DNA of 64,000 nucleotides from Octopus sinensis (GCF_006345805.1 NC_042999.1:73284001-73348000), one strand, 5' to 3'; positions 27,270 to 40,934 are shown, counted from the stretch's first letter. Notes: generated by a model from the sequence alone, not told the origin. Numbers and translations: made by a program.

Positions 27270-28539
27270 ATTACTTTGTCATCAGACATTGAGTCATTTA
27301 TTCTGGTTCTATCTAAACACAGCAATTGAAGTGAACACAGAATAAAACTAAAGAAGCGGTCACTATTTTTCTCGTCTGGCTGTTGCTCACTACAGCAAAT
27401 TTTGTCCCCACGTGTTGGATGCTTACAAATACTTAGAATCATTCACTACGTTGTATCCAACCACGGCTAGTTCTATCAAATTGTAAACAAGATACGGACT
27501 CTTGACTCCACAGTTCTCGACTCCACAGCTCGTTCTCCAATAAACTGTCGGTTTTTGTTGTGCAGTCCAAACATGTGCAGGTGTTTTTATGTGTTAATAT
27601 AGGAACTTGCACGAAATTTGTGTGATAAAGCTGATAAATTTAAATGTATGTTTGTGTGTGCTCGTGAGTATTACTGGATTTTACTTATTTCAGTCATTTG
27701 ACAGTGGCCATGCTGGAGCACCGCCTTTAGTCGAGCAAATCGACCCGTGGAGTTATTCTTTGTAAACCTAGTACTTATTCTATCTGTCGAACCGCTAAGT
27801 TACGGGGACGTAAATACACCACCATCGGTTGTCAAGCGATGTTGGGGGGACAAACACAAACATACATATATACATGCACGCACGCGCACACAACACACAC
27901 ACATACACACATACGCACACACACACACACACACACTCACATACTAGGTTACTTCGAACCTTTTTATAGCAAAATTACACATTCTTTTTAAAAAAAACAA
28001 ACAAAGCATGGCATCGAATGCCCAGAGAGTGCAGTTAGCTTGTTCCAACAGCCAACGTCTTACTAATTTCCTTCTTCTACCTGTTAGCAATAATAGTAAT
28101 GTCAACAACTACAGCAGCAATGACAACGATGCAACAACGAAAATAACACAAAATGAAAATATATGCGATAACAACACTACCACTACCATCACTGCCACCA
28201 CTAGTGCCGACCAAAAACAACAACAGTGAGCATGAAAAAGAGCGAGAAGAAAAGCGAAATTGTTGATTCATCGAACTTAAAAATTCCATCACCACTACCA
28301 TCACCACCGCCACCACTGCCACCACCATTAACTGCAACACAAATAAAACCCAAGAGACCACATCTAGCAAATTCAAAGTTACTGGATTCGTAAACGTTGT
28401 GTGGTAAGAGAAAGTAATGAGATTAACTTCTCAAGAATCGAAAAATGTTAAAAACCTTCTTACGAATGCATTTGATAAGGAACCGACCTGAAAACTGTAA
28501 CGAATAAAAGGATAGAAACAAAGGGCCAGCAATCAGAAC

Positions 28540-30335
28540 AAGTTATACAGTAGCAAAGAGAAAAATGTACCATGCCGATCAAGGATACCAAAACGAATAT
28601 CGCAAGGGTGAGAGATACGGAACGGTAGAGGTGAGATTCCTGACAGAAGATGAAACCAAGAAGCACTCAGCAACAACACTAAAGAGTGACGAACTGATAC
28701 CAATCTGCCCTAAGATAGTAAGGCTAGTAATTGTAGATGTTCTCCCAGAAGGAAACATCATCTGGTTGGTTGAAGCGATTCTCTTTGACAAAGAGGCTGC
28801 AGAAACAAAGTTAGTCGGGCAAAAAAATTAAGCCATTGATCCAAAGAAATCAAGGATGTATGGAATCCATTCCGAATCTAATCAATTAGCTAAGCGGTAT
28901 TAAACCGTACGTGGCCATTGAGAGCAGAAAGCCAAGGTGTAATTATTTTACTGAGACAAACAATCTCTGTCCAGAGCAAACAAGAAAGGGTCTGGATCTC
29001 ACAATACGGACCATCTTAGTGGATAATGAAAGTAAGTTAGTGGTTCTGGGCATGAAAAGTGAAGGGAGCGACTTCAAACAAGTAGCTATTTTTGCTCCAT
29101 CAAACACATAGATAGCTACTTGGATGCATGTCTGAATTGTGTTGTGCTAGCTACTGGGGGTATAAAACCCACGCAAGTCTGCTCAGATATTTCCAACTGA
29201 CTGGTGCCGACTGGAGCTTCTGAATGCAGAGATGTGGACATAGACAATCCTTGTCAGGTCATTCAGATCGTATCTAGATAGAGAATTATGTTGATCAGTG
29301 AATAAGGATAACAAAAGTTGTCAATTTAAATTCATCAGCTGTACGCTCCGCCTAGATAGTTTTCGTAGGTAAGGATCTTACTACTGGAAGCTCAACGAGT
29401 CGCTAACCACATTAGTGAATTATTTAAACAGGCGTTGATGTTGGCAATTGTCAACAAATGCTGATTCACTCTGGGAACGGTCGATTAGCATAGAATCGAT
29501 GAAATTTAGAAAGGTCATAACGATAGACGAAAATACAGGGAGGCTTAGAAACTTAGAAAAGACGCTTAAAAAGTCAGCACAACCAATACGCTGGCAGCAA
29601 GATTTGCTCTCGACTGATTCTTCAACAGAAAGCACAAATGCAGTTTGATCAGAGGTAGGGTGCATGCTCTGAGACACGAGGAGGCGAAAGCTGATGACGG
29701 GCCTTAATGACCAAAATGTAACCACAAAACAAAACTACACTTCTGTTTTTTTGGCAGACCCTAATCAAAAGTATACGGCTTTTCGGTAGCAATTCGCTCA
29801 ACAGTCCGGGATGAATGGCAAATCGGAACTGAAGGTTGATTTTAGTGCCTACCTCGATTACTGCTGTGGCTTTCCGAAAACGTGTTGCAAAAATTCCATA
29901 TCAATCACAGAAATAAAGAAAGTGACGATTGGCTGTATGGTGTGCAATCGCTTGTATTGGATGGTTCTTCCAACGAGCATTACTTTATATGCCAAGCTTG
30001 TTTGGAAACCACTTGGGAAATATCTACCACAACTGTTAGCAGTTGTCCTGTGAGTGAAGAAGCAGTAGTGCTGCTGAGAAACGATAAAACAAGGGCAATC
30101 TCGTTGACAATTTTTGTCCCTTAACTCTGTTAAATGCAGATTTCAAACTTTTGACCAAAGAGTTAGTAATGAGGTTGGTGTTTGTTGTCAACGGCTTAAT
30201 TGGTGACGATCAAACATTCACTATTCTAAACAGATCTATTTCCGACAGTCTCCACCTCATGCAATACAACATATAAAGGGTGGTTAAGAACATGTCATGA
30301 GGGGGGGGGGGGCTCTGATCAAGTTAGGTCAATCG
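28540..30335 (+). mobile_element. Degraded, internally deleted L1/Tx1-like LINE (ORF1, AP endonuclease and RT fragments)
   Basis: ORF1-like GTVEVRFLTEDE; APE-like LDLTIRTILVDNESKLVVL...VAIFAP; RT-like LLNADFKLLTK.L..RL...DQT...RSISDSLHL...GALIKLGQSKA. Confidence 0.75.
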
Positions 30336-30724
30336 AAAGCTGACGATTGTTCTCACAGCAGCAAGAAAATATTCCTTAACAAGTTTCTTTGGCTGTTACT
30401 GTTGATTGTGGGATATTGGAGGTGCATCAAACAAGTATAAACACCTATGTATATTACTCAATCAACCTTCAATTTGCTAGTACAGAATATATCTGCATAG
30501 ACATGGGGATAGCTTGAAAATTAACTAGTTTGTAATAACACATCAACACATGAATGCCCACAATATGTATATATTGTCTGACTAGCAAGGTGAAGCGGCT
30601 GACCTCCTCTGTTCGAAGGTTGTAATGGACGCAGGTCGTGTGTCATATAGCTAGCTAGAGGCGGATGACCTCTTAAACTAATCGCCATATTAGTATGGCG
30701 ATAACTATTAATATATATATATAT

Positions 30725-30755
<31 letters not shown>

Positions 30756-30821
30756 ATATACTAAGCAATAAAGGGTTTAGCAACGAATTGCCTTACCACA
30801 TACCGAATTTAGAAATAGCAG

Positions 30822-30886
<65 letters not shown>

Positions 30887-31458
30887 TGTATGTATGTATG
30901 TATGTATATGGTATATAATTATTGTATCTATATACATTGTATCTATCTACCTATCTATCTATCTATCTGTCTGCCTGTCTGTCTATCTATCTATCACGTC
31001 TACAACCAAGGGGTGTGGTTTGTGAGAGGCTAAAGCAAATATTTTCACTGACCCTTGGCGACAGACCAGAATCTTAATTCCATGCCTATTTTAAGTAGTC
31101 GACGACCACGATTCCTCATTCAGCTGCGTTGCTCTTTAAAGGCCATGCATGTTTCACACCATTGATAACATAATCAAGGCGTGGCTTAAAAGAGGGAAAA
31201 AGCAATATATACATATATGCGTGAGAGTATATAAAAGCATGTATATATAGGTACATATATGTGTATATGTGTACAAAATGGTATATGGATAGAAAGGCAG
31301 ATAGATAGTAAACAATGAAAAACAGAGAGAAAGAGAGAGAGTGGGAGATAAATAGGTGCGTGTGTAGATTATGAACTAAAAATGCTAATAACAAAGTAAT
31401 TTCCCAGTGCGTTAATGATTCTCTGAAGAACCATATGTCTATAAACATATGTGCGTGT

Positions 31459-31759
31459 ATATGTGTATGTATGTTTGCATGTGTTTGTGGGTGAGTGGGT
31501 GTTTGTGTGTGTGAGTATATTACATTTATGTATAGATATATATATGTATATATGTATGTATGTATATATATATATAATATATATATAAATTTATGTATAT
31601 ATCTTTATATATATATATATATATAGGTGAGAAAGTTGGTGTATATATGTATATATGTATAAGTATGTATGTATAGTTATTCATGTATGTATGTATATAT
31701 GTATGTGTGTATATATATATATATATATTTATACATAATATGTATATATTTATAATATA

Positions 31760-31811
<52 letters not shown>

Positions 31812-32036
31812 CATACACCATATATACATATTATATATATATATAATATATATATATATATATAATATATACATATATATGTATAAATATATATATATAT
31901 ATACACACATACATATATACATATATATGTAAAAAATATATATATATATACACACATACATATATACATACATACATGCATATAAACATATACATACATA
32001 CTTATACATATATACATATATACACCAACTTTCTCA

Positions 32037-32114
<78 letters not shown>

Positions 32115-32257
32115 ATATATACATAAATTTTATATTATTTATAATATATATATGCATACATACATATATACATATATAATCTATACATAAATGTAATATA
32201 CTCACACACACAAACACCCACTCACCCACAAACACATGCAAACATACATACACATAT
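31459..32257. repeat. ~800-bp palindrome (inverted duplication) centred near 31830
   Basis: 31459-31537 is the exact reverse complement of 32179-32257; 31622-31675 of 31989-32042; only microsatellite lengths and scattered bases differ elsewhere. Confidence 0.9.
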
Positions 32258-32431
32258 ATATATACATATATATATATACATACATACACATATATATATA
32301 CATATATATATACACATATATATATGGGCAGTCACTGACATTTCATATCTAGCAGCTTCCGCTCCAGCATATCAAAGTTTATTTGCCGGGTTCTGTCGAT
32401 ACCATCTCAATTCATAAAATCTACAGCCGAC

Positions 32432-32434
32432 ATG
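32432..32434 (+). CDS. Exon 1 (5' UTR ~32325-32431 + ATG only) of the predicted secreted Cys-rich protein gene
   Basis: CCGACATG|GTAAGTAAG: purine at -3, consensus donor, phase 0 matching exon 2. Confidence 0.6.
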
Positions 32435-32736
32435 GTAAGTAAGAAGCGATGTTTGACTCTCTTTATTCTTTTTGTGACCACTCACCACCCCTTACGCCTC
32501 TATCTGATCGATTATTTCCTTCTTTTTCTTCTTTCACCCTCTCTCAGTATTCTTTACCTATGTACCTGTTGTATATTCATCAATATATTCTTTATATGTA
32601 TATTTGTCTATACATAACTTTGTTTTTTACGCGTATATGTTTGTGTTAATGTGATAAGACATGTCTCTCTTATACATACACAAGATAGATAAACACATAA
32701 ATAAGGATATGTATATATGTATATATATGTATGTAA

Positions 32737-32768
<32 letters not shown>

Positions 32769-32883
32769 CATGTCTATCTTTATGAATATATGGAATTTTT
32801 TAAATATATCTATATATATTAATACATATGTGTCAAGAAATCTAGAAAAAAGCTAAATAATAACATAATTGTACACATCTATA

Positions 32884-32958
<75 letters not shown>

Positions 32959-33463
32959 ATATACATATGCGTGTGTGTAATCACCATATGCTTTAAGCTT
33001 ATATAATTATCATAATTGTTATTTACAGGATTGTAAAACACACCCAGTATAACAAAACCATCCGCACCGATATATATATATATATTATATTATATTATAT
33101 ATATATATATATATATATAATGTGTGGTGTGTGGGTGTGTGGGTGTGTGTGTGTGTGGTGTGTGTTGTGTGTGTGTATTATATATATCTGAGACCCCCTT
33201 CGGTCACGACACTGATCATGGGATTGCATCTATGAACCTAGAAAGTTACCCTTCCAGGCAAGGTTGTTTATATATATATATATAGATATATATTATATAT
33301 ATATATATATCATATATATATATATATATATACACATTATATTATATATTATAATATATATAATATATATATATGTTATATATATATAAATAAAAATTAG
33401 GAATAATATTCCCTCAAATAATTATTATTATTATATGATATATATATAATGTGTATATATATG

Positions 33464-33497
<34 letters not shown>

Positions 33498-33498
<1 letters not shown>

Positions 33499-33708
33499 GA
33501 TTAATCAAAGGTCATACTAAGTATGTCTACTGCTGGAGATAACGGTCAAAATTCTTATTTAAATCGCTAAAATACACTGATCATAACTACAGAAATCAAC
33601 CAAAGGCAGATCATGCTATTTTTTTCTTTAATAGTCATACCAGATAATAACAAAATCAATAATATCTAGTAAATTAAGTTCGGGAATTTTTTTTTCGTGA
33701 ACTCTCCC

Positions 33709-33709
<1 letters not shown>
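33498..33709 (+). repeat. ~215-bp interspersed repeat; inverted copy at 37308-37528
   Basis: TGATTAATCAAAGGTCATACTAAGTATGTCTAC...TTCGTGAA..CCCT matches the reverse complement of 37308-37528 with scattered substitutions; both lie in TA tracts. Confidence 0.85.
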
Positions 33710-33780
<71 letters not shown>

Positions 33781-33859
33781 GTTATGTATGTATGTATGTA
33801 TTTATGTATGTATGTATGTATGTATGTTATATTATATATATGTATAAAAATTATATATA

Positions 33860-33980
33860 AAAATACAAAATGGGACAAGAACTCAAAACACTCAAAGAGA
33901 CGACACAAAAAACGGACGGGTTATTCGAAGCCTCTAATCTTCAGTCAAGAACCGGATCATCCTCGCAATTTCGGCTGAGA
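33860..33980 (-). repeat. Interspersed repeat; related copy at 56150-56320 (+)
   Basis: Shared CAGCCGAAATTGCGAGGAT.ATC.GGTTCTT.ACTGAAGAT...TTCGAAT.ACCCG.CC...TTGTCCCATTTTGTATTTT. Confidence 0.8.
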
Positions 33981-34514
33981 CTGATTTCAAATTTTGACAG
34001 GTCAGCAATTAAATATGCTCACCTGCTACTTATTTTATCGAAAGGATTAAAGGCAAAGTCAACCTGGGGTGGAATTTGAACACAGAAAATGCCGACGGAT
34101 GATATGTTGCTTAACACATTGCCCAGTGTGCTAACGACTCTGCCAGCAATATTTGTATGCTTGTTAACGTTATTTGCATGAAAACAATTGAAACCAGGAG
34201 CGCTCAATACTTTTTTAAAGAGTGCATTATTAATTTTTACAAGGACTGACTTTAATAGACTAACGGCTAGTATACCAAAACGAAGTTATAGTCGACCTTT
34301 TCCTTGTAACAATTAACATGCATATAAACGCGGTCGCGCGCACACTCACACATACAATCACGTGCACACAACCATACACTAGAAGAGAAAGAGGGAAAAC
34401 TTTGCACATAATACGAATATGTATGTATTATATATATGTAACGTATACCACAGGGATACATAGATATACGCACATTCACACAAATATATGCATATGTGTG
34501 GTGTATAAACGTAC

Positions 34515-34557
<43 letters not shown>

Positions 34558-34567
34558 ATATATATGC

Positions 34568-34614
<47 letters not shown>

Positions 34615-34846
34615 AAATTCAAGGTAGAGAATGCTAAAATAATTTTATAAAAAACATTTTAGTACCTGTTTCGGTCATTGAGACTGTAAGTATGGAAAAC
34701 AATTAAATTTTAGAAAAACTAAAAGAAAAGTTTTTAAAAGAATATTTGCATAGTGTTCAAATACAAAGGGCATTTTCTTTGTTTCTGCCTGTCTCTGTCT
34801 CTCTCGTTTACTCTTGTGGGTTCGAGGTCGTTGTGAATTCTTGGTA

Positions 34847-34954
<108 letters not shown>

Positions 34955-34984
34955 AAGAAGAAGAAGAAGAAGAATGCGGGAGTG

Positions 34985-35560
34985 CCATGATAGTAGTGTG
35001 TTAAATGGTCAAGTGCCCTGAAAGTTACCCGTTGTAGATGGTAGTAGTGATTGAATTCTTGAGACATCTCTTTTGAATGTTTTGTTTGTAAAATTTGCGT
35101 AGGTGTTATTCAAAACAGTAATAGTGGTAAAGTTAGGAAGGAGGTGGCGGAGAGGAAGAAGACGGTGATGGTTACGATTTTTAGACAGATGTGAATCAGT
35201 GTTTGAGTGTTGTTTTGATTTTCTTATTTTCAGGAAAGGGTTGTTGGAAGCGTGTTCTGTTTGAAAGATGGTTTCATAGTTTGAGAACCAAGAGGCGCTT
35301 TTCTCCTAGCGTTGGAGAGATTTCAGTTTTTCTTTATCCCAATCCTCTTTCCATAGTTTGGAAATCTTCTCTTGATTTTGCTAATTTCTTGGTTGATCTC
35401 TTCATCTTTTACTTTATCTTCATTCGTTTGGGCCCTCAATTTTAGAAGTTCTATTTCCATTTTCACTTTTTCCAGTACGATTCTTTCCCTGAGGCGTCTT
35501 TGATTTTCAGGTTCATCTGTAATGGCTTTGATCTGGAATTTACGCGGGAGAATTAACGGT
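34985..35560 (-). mobile_element. Degraded retroelement N-terminal ORF fragment (probably PLE)
   Basis: LILPRKFQIKAITDEPENQ..RERIVLEKVKMEIELLKLRA charged helical frame beside an (AAG)n/(AAT)n tract; family recalled, not verified. Confidence 0.4.
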
Positions 35561-35582
35561 GTCCCGTATATATATAATATAT

Positions 35583-35658
<76 letters not shown>

Positions 35659-35712
35659 CAGATATATATGTATTTATATATATATATAATATATTTATAT
35701 ATATTATATATG

Positions 35713-35743
<31 letters not shown>

Positions 35744-36131
35744 GTATATGTATGTGTATATATATATATCATATATATATATAATATATATATATATATA
35801 TAGTACATGCATACACACACATATGCACATGTTTGTGGGTATGCGTGCGTGTCTGTATGCGCGCGCGTCACTTGCTCGAAATGTGCATACATTTGTCAGG
35901 TTTTCAATGGCCGTATTGTATCTCGTTCATAATTTTGTTTGTTTCTATGCTATTCTCTTGCGAGCTTTGCAACAATCCCATTAATCGTAATTGCATCAGC
36001 ATGTACAAATGTATGTATATGCATGCAGAACATTTTATTTAAGTGTGGATATAAGTACGCGTGTGTGTGTATACATACATACATACATACGTACATACAT
36101 ACATACATACATACATACATGCATGCATATA

Positions 36132-36224
<93 letters not shown>

Positions 36225-36244
36225 ATATATATGTATATATATAT

Positions 36245-36285
<41 letters not shown>

Positions 36286-36299
36286 AGATAGATAGATAG

Positions 36300-36339
<40 letters not shown>

Positions 36340-36341
<2 letters not shown>

Positions 36342-36892
36342 TTGAGTTTCCGGAAAGTTCGTGCCGATTTATAGTAGCTTACCTTTCGACTTATTTTAGA
36401 ACATGGTTGAGTCCATAAAAATGAATTTGACTACACCTCCATTTAGAGTTTAAGCTATCTTTTCGAGGAAGAAGCTTTATGTTCCTATAGCCTGTGTTAA
36501 TTCGGTAACCCTTTAAAATGGAAGATAAGAAAGTCCATTTTCGGCACTTGATGCTTTGGGGACCAGACAAAAATTGCTGCAGCTAGGCTGGGATGTGTTA
36601 CCCCACCCTCCATATTTACTAGATATTGCTCCTTCGGATTTCCACTTATTCAGGTCTCTGTAGAATAGTCTTAATGGTAAAAATTTCAATTCCTTGGATG
36701 ACGTAAAAAGATGAATTCTTTGACATACAATCACCTCACTTCTGGGAAGAGGGCATTTTCAAGTTAAAGGAAAGATGCAGACTCATTGTAAAACAAAATG
36801 GTTATTTGGTTGATTAAAAATGTAATAGAATGTATTTATTGACCTTTTTTTTTTCTTTAAAAATCAGCACGAACTTTCCGGACAACCCAATA
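36340..36892 (+). mobile_element. Non-autonomous mariner deletion derivative (~550 bp) with both TIRs
   Basis: TA-TTGAGTTTCCGGAAAGTTCGTGCCGATTT ... AAATCAGCACGAACTTTCCGGACAACCCAA-TA; MEDKKVHFRHLMLW fused to QKLLQLGWDVLPHPPY..DIAPSDFHLF. Confidence 0.92.
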
Positions 36893-37064
36893 TATATATA
36901 CTTTATTTAAAAGCAGCAGAAATTCAACAAAACCTGTTACTCGGAGTATGTATGTTTGTATGTATGTGGGCTAAAAAGTCACGTTCGATCACAGCACCAG
37001 TAACAGTTAAGCTTCGTGCAATGGCCATACTCGATAACAAGGGGGCAGCCATAATTGTATTTAC

Positions 37065-37111
<47 letters not shown>

Positions 37112-37251
37112 ATATATAATATATACATTCATACGTGCATGCACGCATGTTGGCGGACCCATAGTCATGAAGTATTGAGTTCGATTCCTGGATGTTTTTA
37201 AATATATCTATATATATTAAAATATATATATATCATATATATTTAAATATA

Positions 37252-37305
<54 letters not shown>

Positions 37306-37789
37306 CAAGGGCAAACAATTCACGAGGAAAAATTATTCCCGAAAAATTAATTTACTAAGATATTATTGATTTTGTTATTATTTGGTATGACTATTTAAAG
37401 AAAAAAAAGCATGATCTGTCTTTGGTTGATTTCTGTAGTTATGATCAGTGTATTGTAGCGATTTAAATAAGGATTTTGACTGTTTTCTCGAGCAGGTAGA
37501 CATACTTAGTATGACCTTTGATTAATCATATATATATATATATATATATAAGTGTGTTCAATTCCTGGACTGGGTTGTGTTCTTAAGCAAGACACTTCAT
37601 TTCACGTTATTCCAGTTCACTCACTTGTAGAAATGAGTTGCAACGTCACTAGTGCCATACTGTATCGGCCTTTGCATTTCTCTTGGATAACATCGGTGGT
37701 GTGGAGAGGCTAGGATGCCTCAAAGGGTAATTTTTTAGATGCAATCCCATTGTCATTCATGAGCGAAGGGGGTCTTTCTTATATATATA

Positions 37790-37822
<33 letters not shown>

Positions 37823-37987
37823 CAGAGAGAGAGATAGAGAGAGAGAGTGTGTGTGTGTGTGTGTGAGGGTTATTTGTGGGCAGTTTTGGTATACAATAAA
37901 CAACTATATTTCAGCATAAATAAATATGTACATTATTTTCATTATTTACATTTGACGGATATTTGTCCTCATCTTGTTTGTTGTTAA

Positions 37988-38030
37988 TGTAACATTTCAG
38001 TTGATATTCCCTCCAGCCTTCATCAGGTGT
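37988..38030 (-). ncRNA. Degenerate minimal hammerhead
   Basis: ACAC-CTGATGA-A-GGCTG..CAACT-GAAA-TGTT-ACAT; helices I, II and III carry transitions. Confidence 0.6.
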
Positions 38031-38127
38031 CTTGGAGAAATTTCTTATTCCTAAGGCATTTTTCGATGCTGCTATTATTATTATTATTATTATCATTATT
38101 ATTATATTATTATTATTATTATTATTA

Positions 38128-38167
<40 letters not shown>

Positions 38168-38168
<1 letters not shown>

Positions 38169-38245
38169 CGGTCACTGCCTGGAATCGAACTCGGAATTTT
38201 GGGGTTAGTAACCCGCGCTCTTAACCACTACGCCACATGCCCGTG
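38168..38245 (-). mobile_element. tRNA-derived SINE head
   Basis: GGGCATGTGGCGTAGTGGTTAAGAGCGCGGG-TTACTAA-CCCC..GAGTTCGATTCCAGGCAGTGAC: box A and box B present, acceptor stem poor, so not a tRNA gene. Confidence 0.75.
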
Positions 38246-38291
38246 GAAAAATGCCTTAGGAATGAGAACTCGGGTTCAGAATTTCCCCAAG

Positions 38292-38335
38292 ACACCTGAT
38301 GAAAGCTGGGGGGTATATCAGCCGAAACTTTGTGT
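38292..38335 (+). ncRNA. Minimal hammerhead motif, mutated
   Basis: ACAC-CTGATGA-A-AGCTG..CAGCC-GAAA-CTTT-GTGT; A.C mismatch closes helix II and the AACGTT palindrome is broken. Confidence 0.7.
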
Positions 38336-38559
38336 TAACAACAAACAAGAAGACTACAAATATCCGTCAAATGTAAATAATGTACATAATTCTTCATATC
38401 TTAAATATAAAACTGAAAGAAATATGAAAATATCCGTCAAATGTAAATAATGTAAATAACGTACATCATTCCTCATATCTTAAATATAAAACTGAAAGAA
38501 ATATGTATTTGAATAAACATTTGTGCAATTAATCATCATAATGATTTTTTAAGCAAATT

Positions 38560-39691
38560 ATTCTATGAAACCACCTTCGTCTTTGATGAATGCCTCAATG
38601 CGGAACCGAAACTGCTGGCATGTTGACACTATATGGTCCTTATTCATATCGGACATCTCTAGGACAATAGCGGCCTTCAGTGAAGTTATGGTATTATGAG
38701 GATAACAATTAGTCTCCCTTTCAACAGCGCTCTACATATAGTAGTCCATGGGGTTCAAATCTGGCGAGTTTGGAGATCATATAGTGAGTGTTACATAATC
38801 GTAAAGATTGTCTGAGAACCATTCTTGGGTGACTAGGGCTTTGTGAGCAGGTGCTGAGCCTTGTTGAAATACGTATGGCCTTCCATTGCATAGTTCATTA
38901 ATACATGGCTTGATAATGGTTTCCTGTACCTCAATGTATCCAGCAGTATTAATTCTAAGACCCTGTGGAAAAAGTTTGGAGGCATCACATAATCTTTGTT
39001 ACTCACCACTCCTAAAACCATCACAGTTGCTGGAAATTTTGTGTGCATCACTCTGGGTACTTCAGTGGGATCTGCACATAACCACTCGTCATTTCTACAG
39101 TTAGACTTTTGATCCTAGTCAAAGTATTTTCGTCAGAGAAAAATCAAAGTATGCCTTGTTCATGAGGGTTTTTCACATTGTTAAGTAACGGTTTTGAACG
39201 GATGAGACGGTTTTCCTGTGTCTTGGCAGATACGAATGGGGCTTTCCTCATTACATAGGACTTGTATCAATGCCACGATGTACCACAGTTCTGATAATCC
39301 ACTCTGACATCCGAAGTTCTTTAGCAATGGACCTCATATATCTTCTGGGATCTTCATTGATAATGTTTGAACATGTATAAATCCCAGTGTTCTTTTAGTG
39401 TCTGAACGTTGTGGGTGTTTTTTTTTCTCTTTGATACAGGTGAAACATTACCGTTACATGCCTTCAATTCCAGCCAAACTTTGTGTACAAATGATATTGC
39501 AACATTTAGAAAGTTGCTAATTTCTAAATCACTATGGTTTGCATGTATAGCAACTATGACTGCATGTCTTTACATTTCTTGAGTTAGCATGATATCTTGA
39601 AATTATTATCTGAAGAAAAAATGATACATCAAATAATTTGAAGGTACAATGAACTAAAAACGAAATGTCCTCAAATACCCCTCTCACCCTG
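38560..39691 (-). mobile_element. Degraded maT/DD37D-like transposon
   Basis: MHTKFPATVMVLGVVSN..MPP.FF, WSPNSPDLNPMDYY, RIEAFIKDEGGFIE*; TA-CAGGGTGAGAGG terminus at 39691; the other TIR was not found. Confidence 0.85.
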
Positions 39692-39769
39692 TATATATAT
39701 ATATAAGTTTCGGCCAGCTAAGCCGTGGTCCGATTGCGATGCCTTGAAGTTAATTTTAGCTTCATATAA

Positions 39770-40020
39770 TCTGTTCGGTTAAAAACCTTCCGTCAGTGTA
39801 TGGGCTTGAGTGGAATTGTAATTAATTTGAAGTATGGCTTGTGATAGAAAAGTGTTTGGGAGAAATTTTCATTGATTAAATTTGGGCTGTGTTATAGTTT
39901 AGAATTTATTCATGTATGTAAAATGTGTACGTTTAGGTGTTGTCCCTTTAGGTCATGGGATTGTTTTAAATGGTTTGCAAAAAGGATGTGGGTAAGTGTA
40001 GGATGTGTTAGTAGTTTTAC
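39770..40020 (-). mobile_element. PLE GIY-YIG C-terminal remnant
   Basis: LFANHLKQSHDL..LNVHILH...HSPNLINE. Confidence 0.5.
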
Positions 40021-40027
40021 TTTTTTT

Positions 40028-40072
<45 letters not shown>

Positions 40073-40666
40073 ATAAATACTGACTTTATCCCATACCTCT
40101 AGGGACGATAAAATAAATACTAGAATTATTGGAGTAAATATAATCGCCCAGGCATGCCCTTATTAAAAGTATCTGTGTCCTTATTTCCATGTTAGAAATC
40201 ATTATTATTTTATTAGCATTCTCTTAGGTGTCAAATTAATCAGAGCGTTCGGACAGAATGTGTGTCTCTGTTTTCAAATATCGCAAAAGTCGTCTTTTAC
40301 CTTTAATCTTTTTTAATATTTTTTTCGGAATCGATAACAAAAGTAACAATCCAGTTCTGTGGCTTGGAGAATCAGTAAGAAGGTCTGGCCGGATGGTTTG
40401 CAACTATTTTCGCTCTGAGTTTAAATCATAGTCTACTTGTGTAGTAGACTTAATGTGTCACCGCCATCCTCATGTGATTGACCTACATTCTCAATCCAAA
40501 TTTTGCTTGGTATTTCCTCTCATCTTTCCACAGTCCATAATATAACATATCCCAGATAGATTTTATCCAGTAACAAACTCGACTAAGCCACCACTCCATC
40601 GAAAACAATTTTGAAATTATGCCAGCGCTGGATATTATTATTGTTTTTTGACTTCGTTATTTTCAG

Positions 40667-40860
40667 GTAAAGAATACATTACCATTTCTTGGCTTCCTTC
40701 TATTACAAGGAGTCATGGTAGACTCTTCGGCAGATGCTGGTTGTGTTGCAGCAAAATTTTGCCTTATCAGCTTCTTCAGGTGTGCCAGGGACTCTGAAAT
40801 GAACTGCTGTATAATTTACAGGTCCTGTATGAAGGACGAATGCGGTGTCGAAAATTTATC
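40667..40860 (+). CDS. Exon 2: signal peptide and 7 Cys of the predicted secreted protein
   Basis: TTTTTGACTTCGTTATTTTCAG|GTA ... TTATC|GTAAGT; 194 bp, phase 0 to 2, open: VKNTLPFLGFLLLQGVMVDSSADAGCVAAKFCLISFFRCARDSEMNCCIIYRSCMKDECGVENL(S). Non-repetitive and richer in GC than its flanks. Confidence 0.82.
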
Positions 40861-40934
40861 GTAAGTAACCATGCACATTTAGTTACAGAGTAAAATTTTT
40901 ATATATACCAAATCAGATTTAATTTGATTATTTT

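Larger units (their letters stand above)
37905..38500. mobile_element. Inverted pair of hammerhead-bearing repeats around a (TTA)n tract and a tRNA-like SINE head
   Basis: Minus copy 37905-38070 and plus copy 38245-38500 share AATGCCTTAGGAAT..ATTT..CCAAGACACCTGATGAA.GCTGG..CA.C.GAAA...AACAACAAACAAGA..ATATCCGTCAAATGTAAATAA. Confidence 0.88.

Noticed and set aside
29688-29725. CTGATGACGGGCC...GACCAAAA
   Set aside because: No GAAA or UH site, and it is embedded in L1/Tx1-like coding sequence.
38168-38245. tRNA gene
   Set aside because: Box A and B are present but the acceptor stem does not pair; it behaves as a SINE head, as do 9580-9660 and 50185-50260.
39986-39997. Alternative first exon ATGTGG|GTAAGT (M-W), in phase with exon 2
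   Set aside because: It lies antisense within a PLE remnant; the 32432 site sits in unique sequence with a better start context. Kept only as a fallback.
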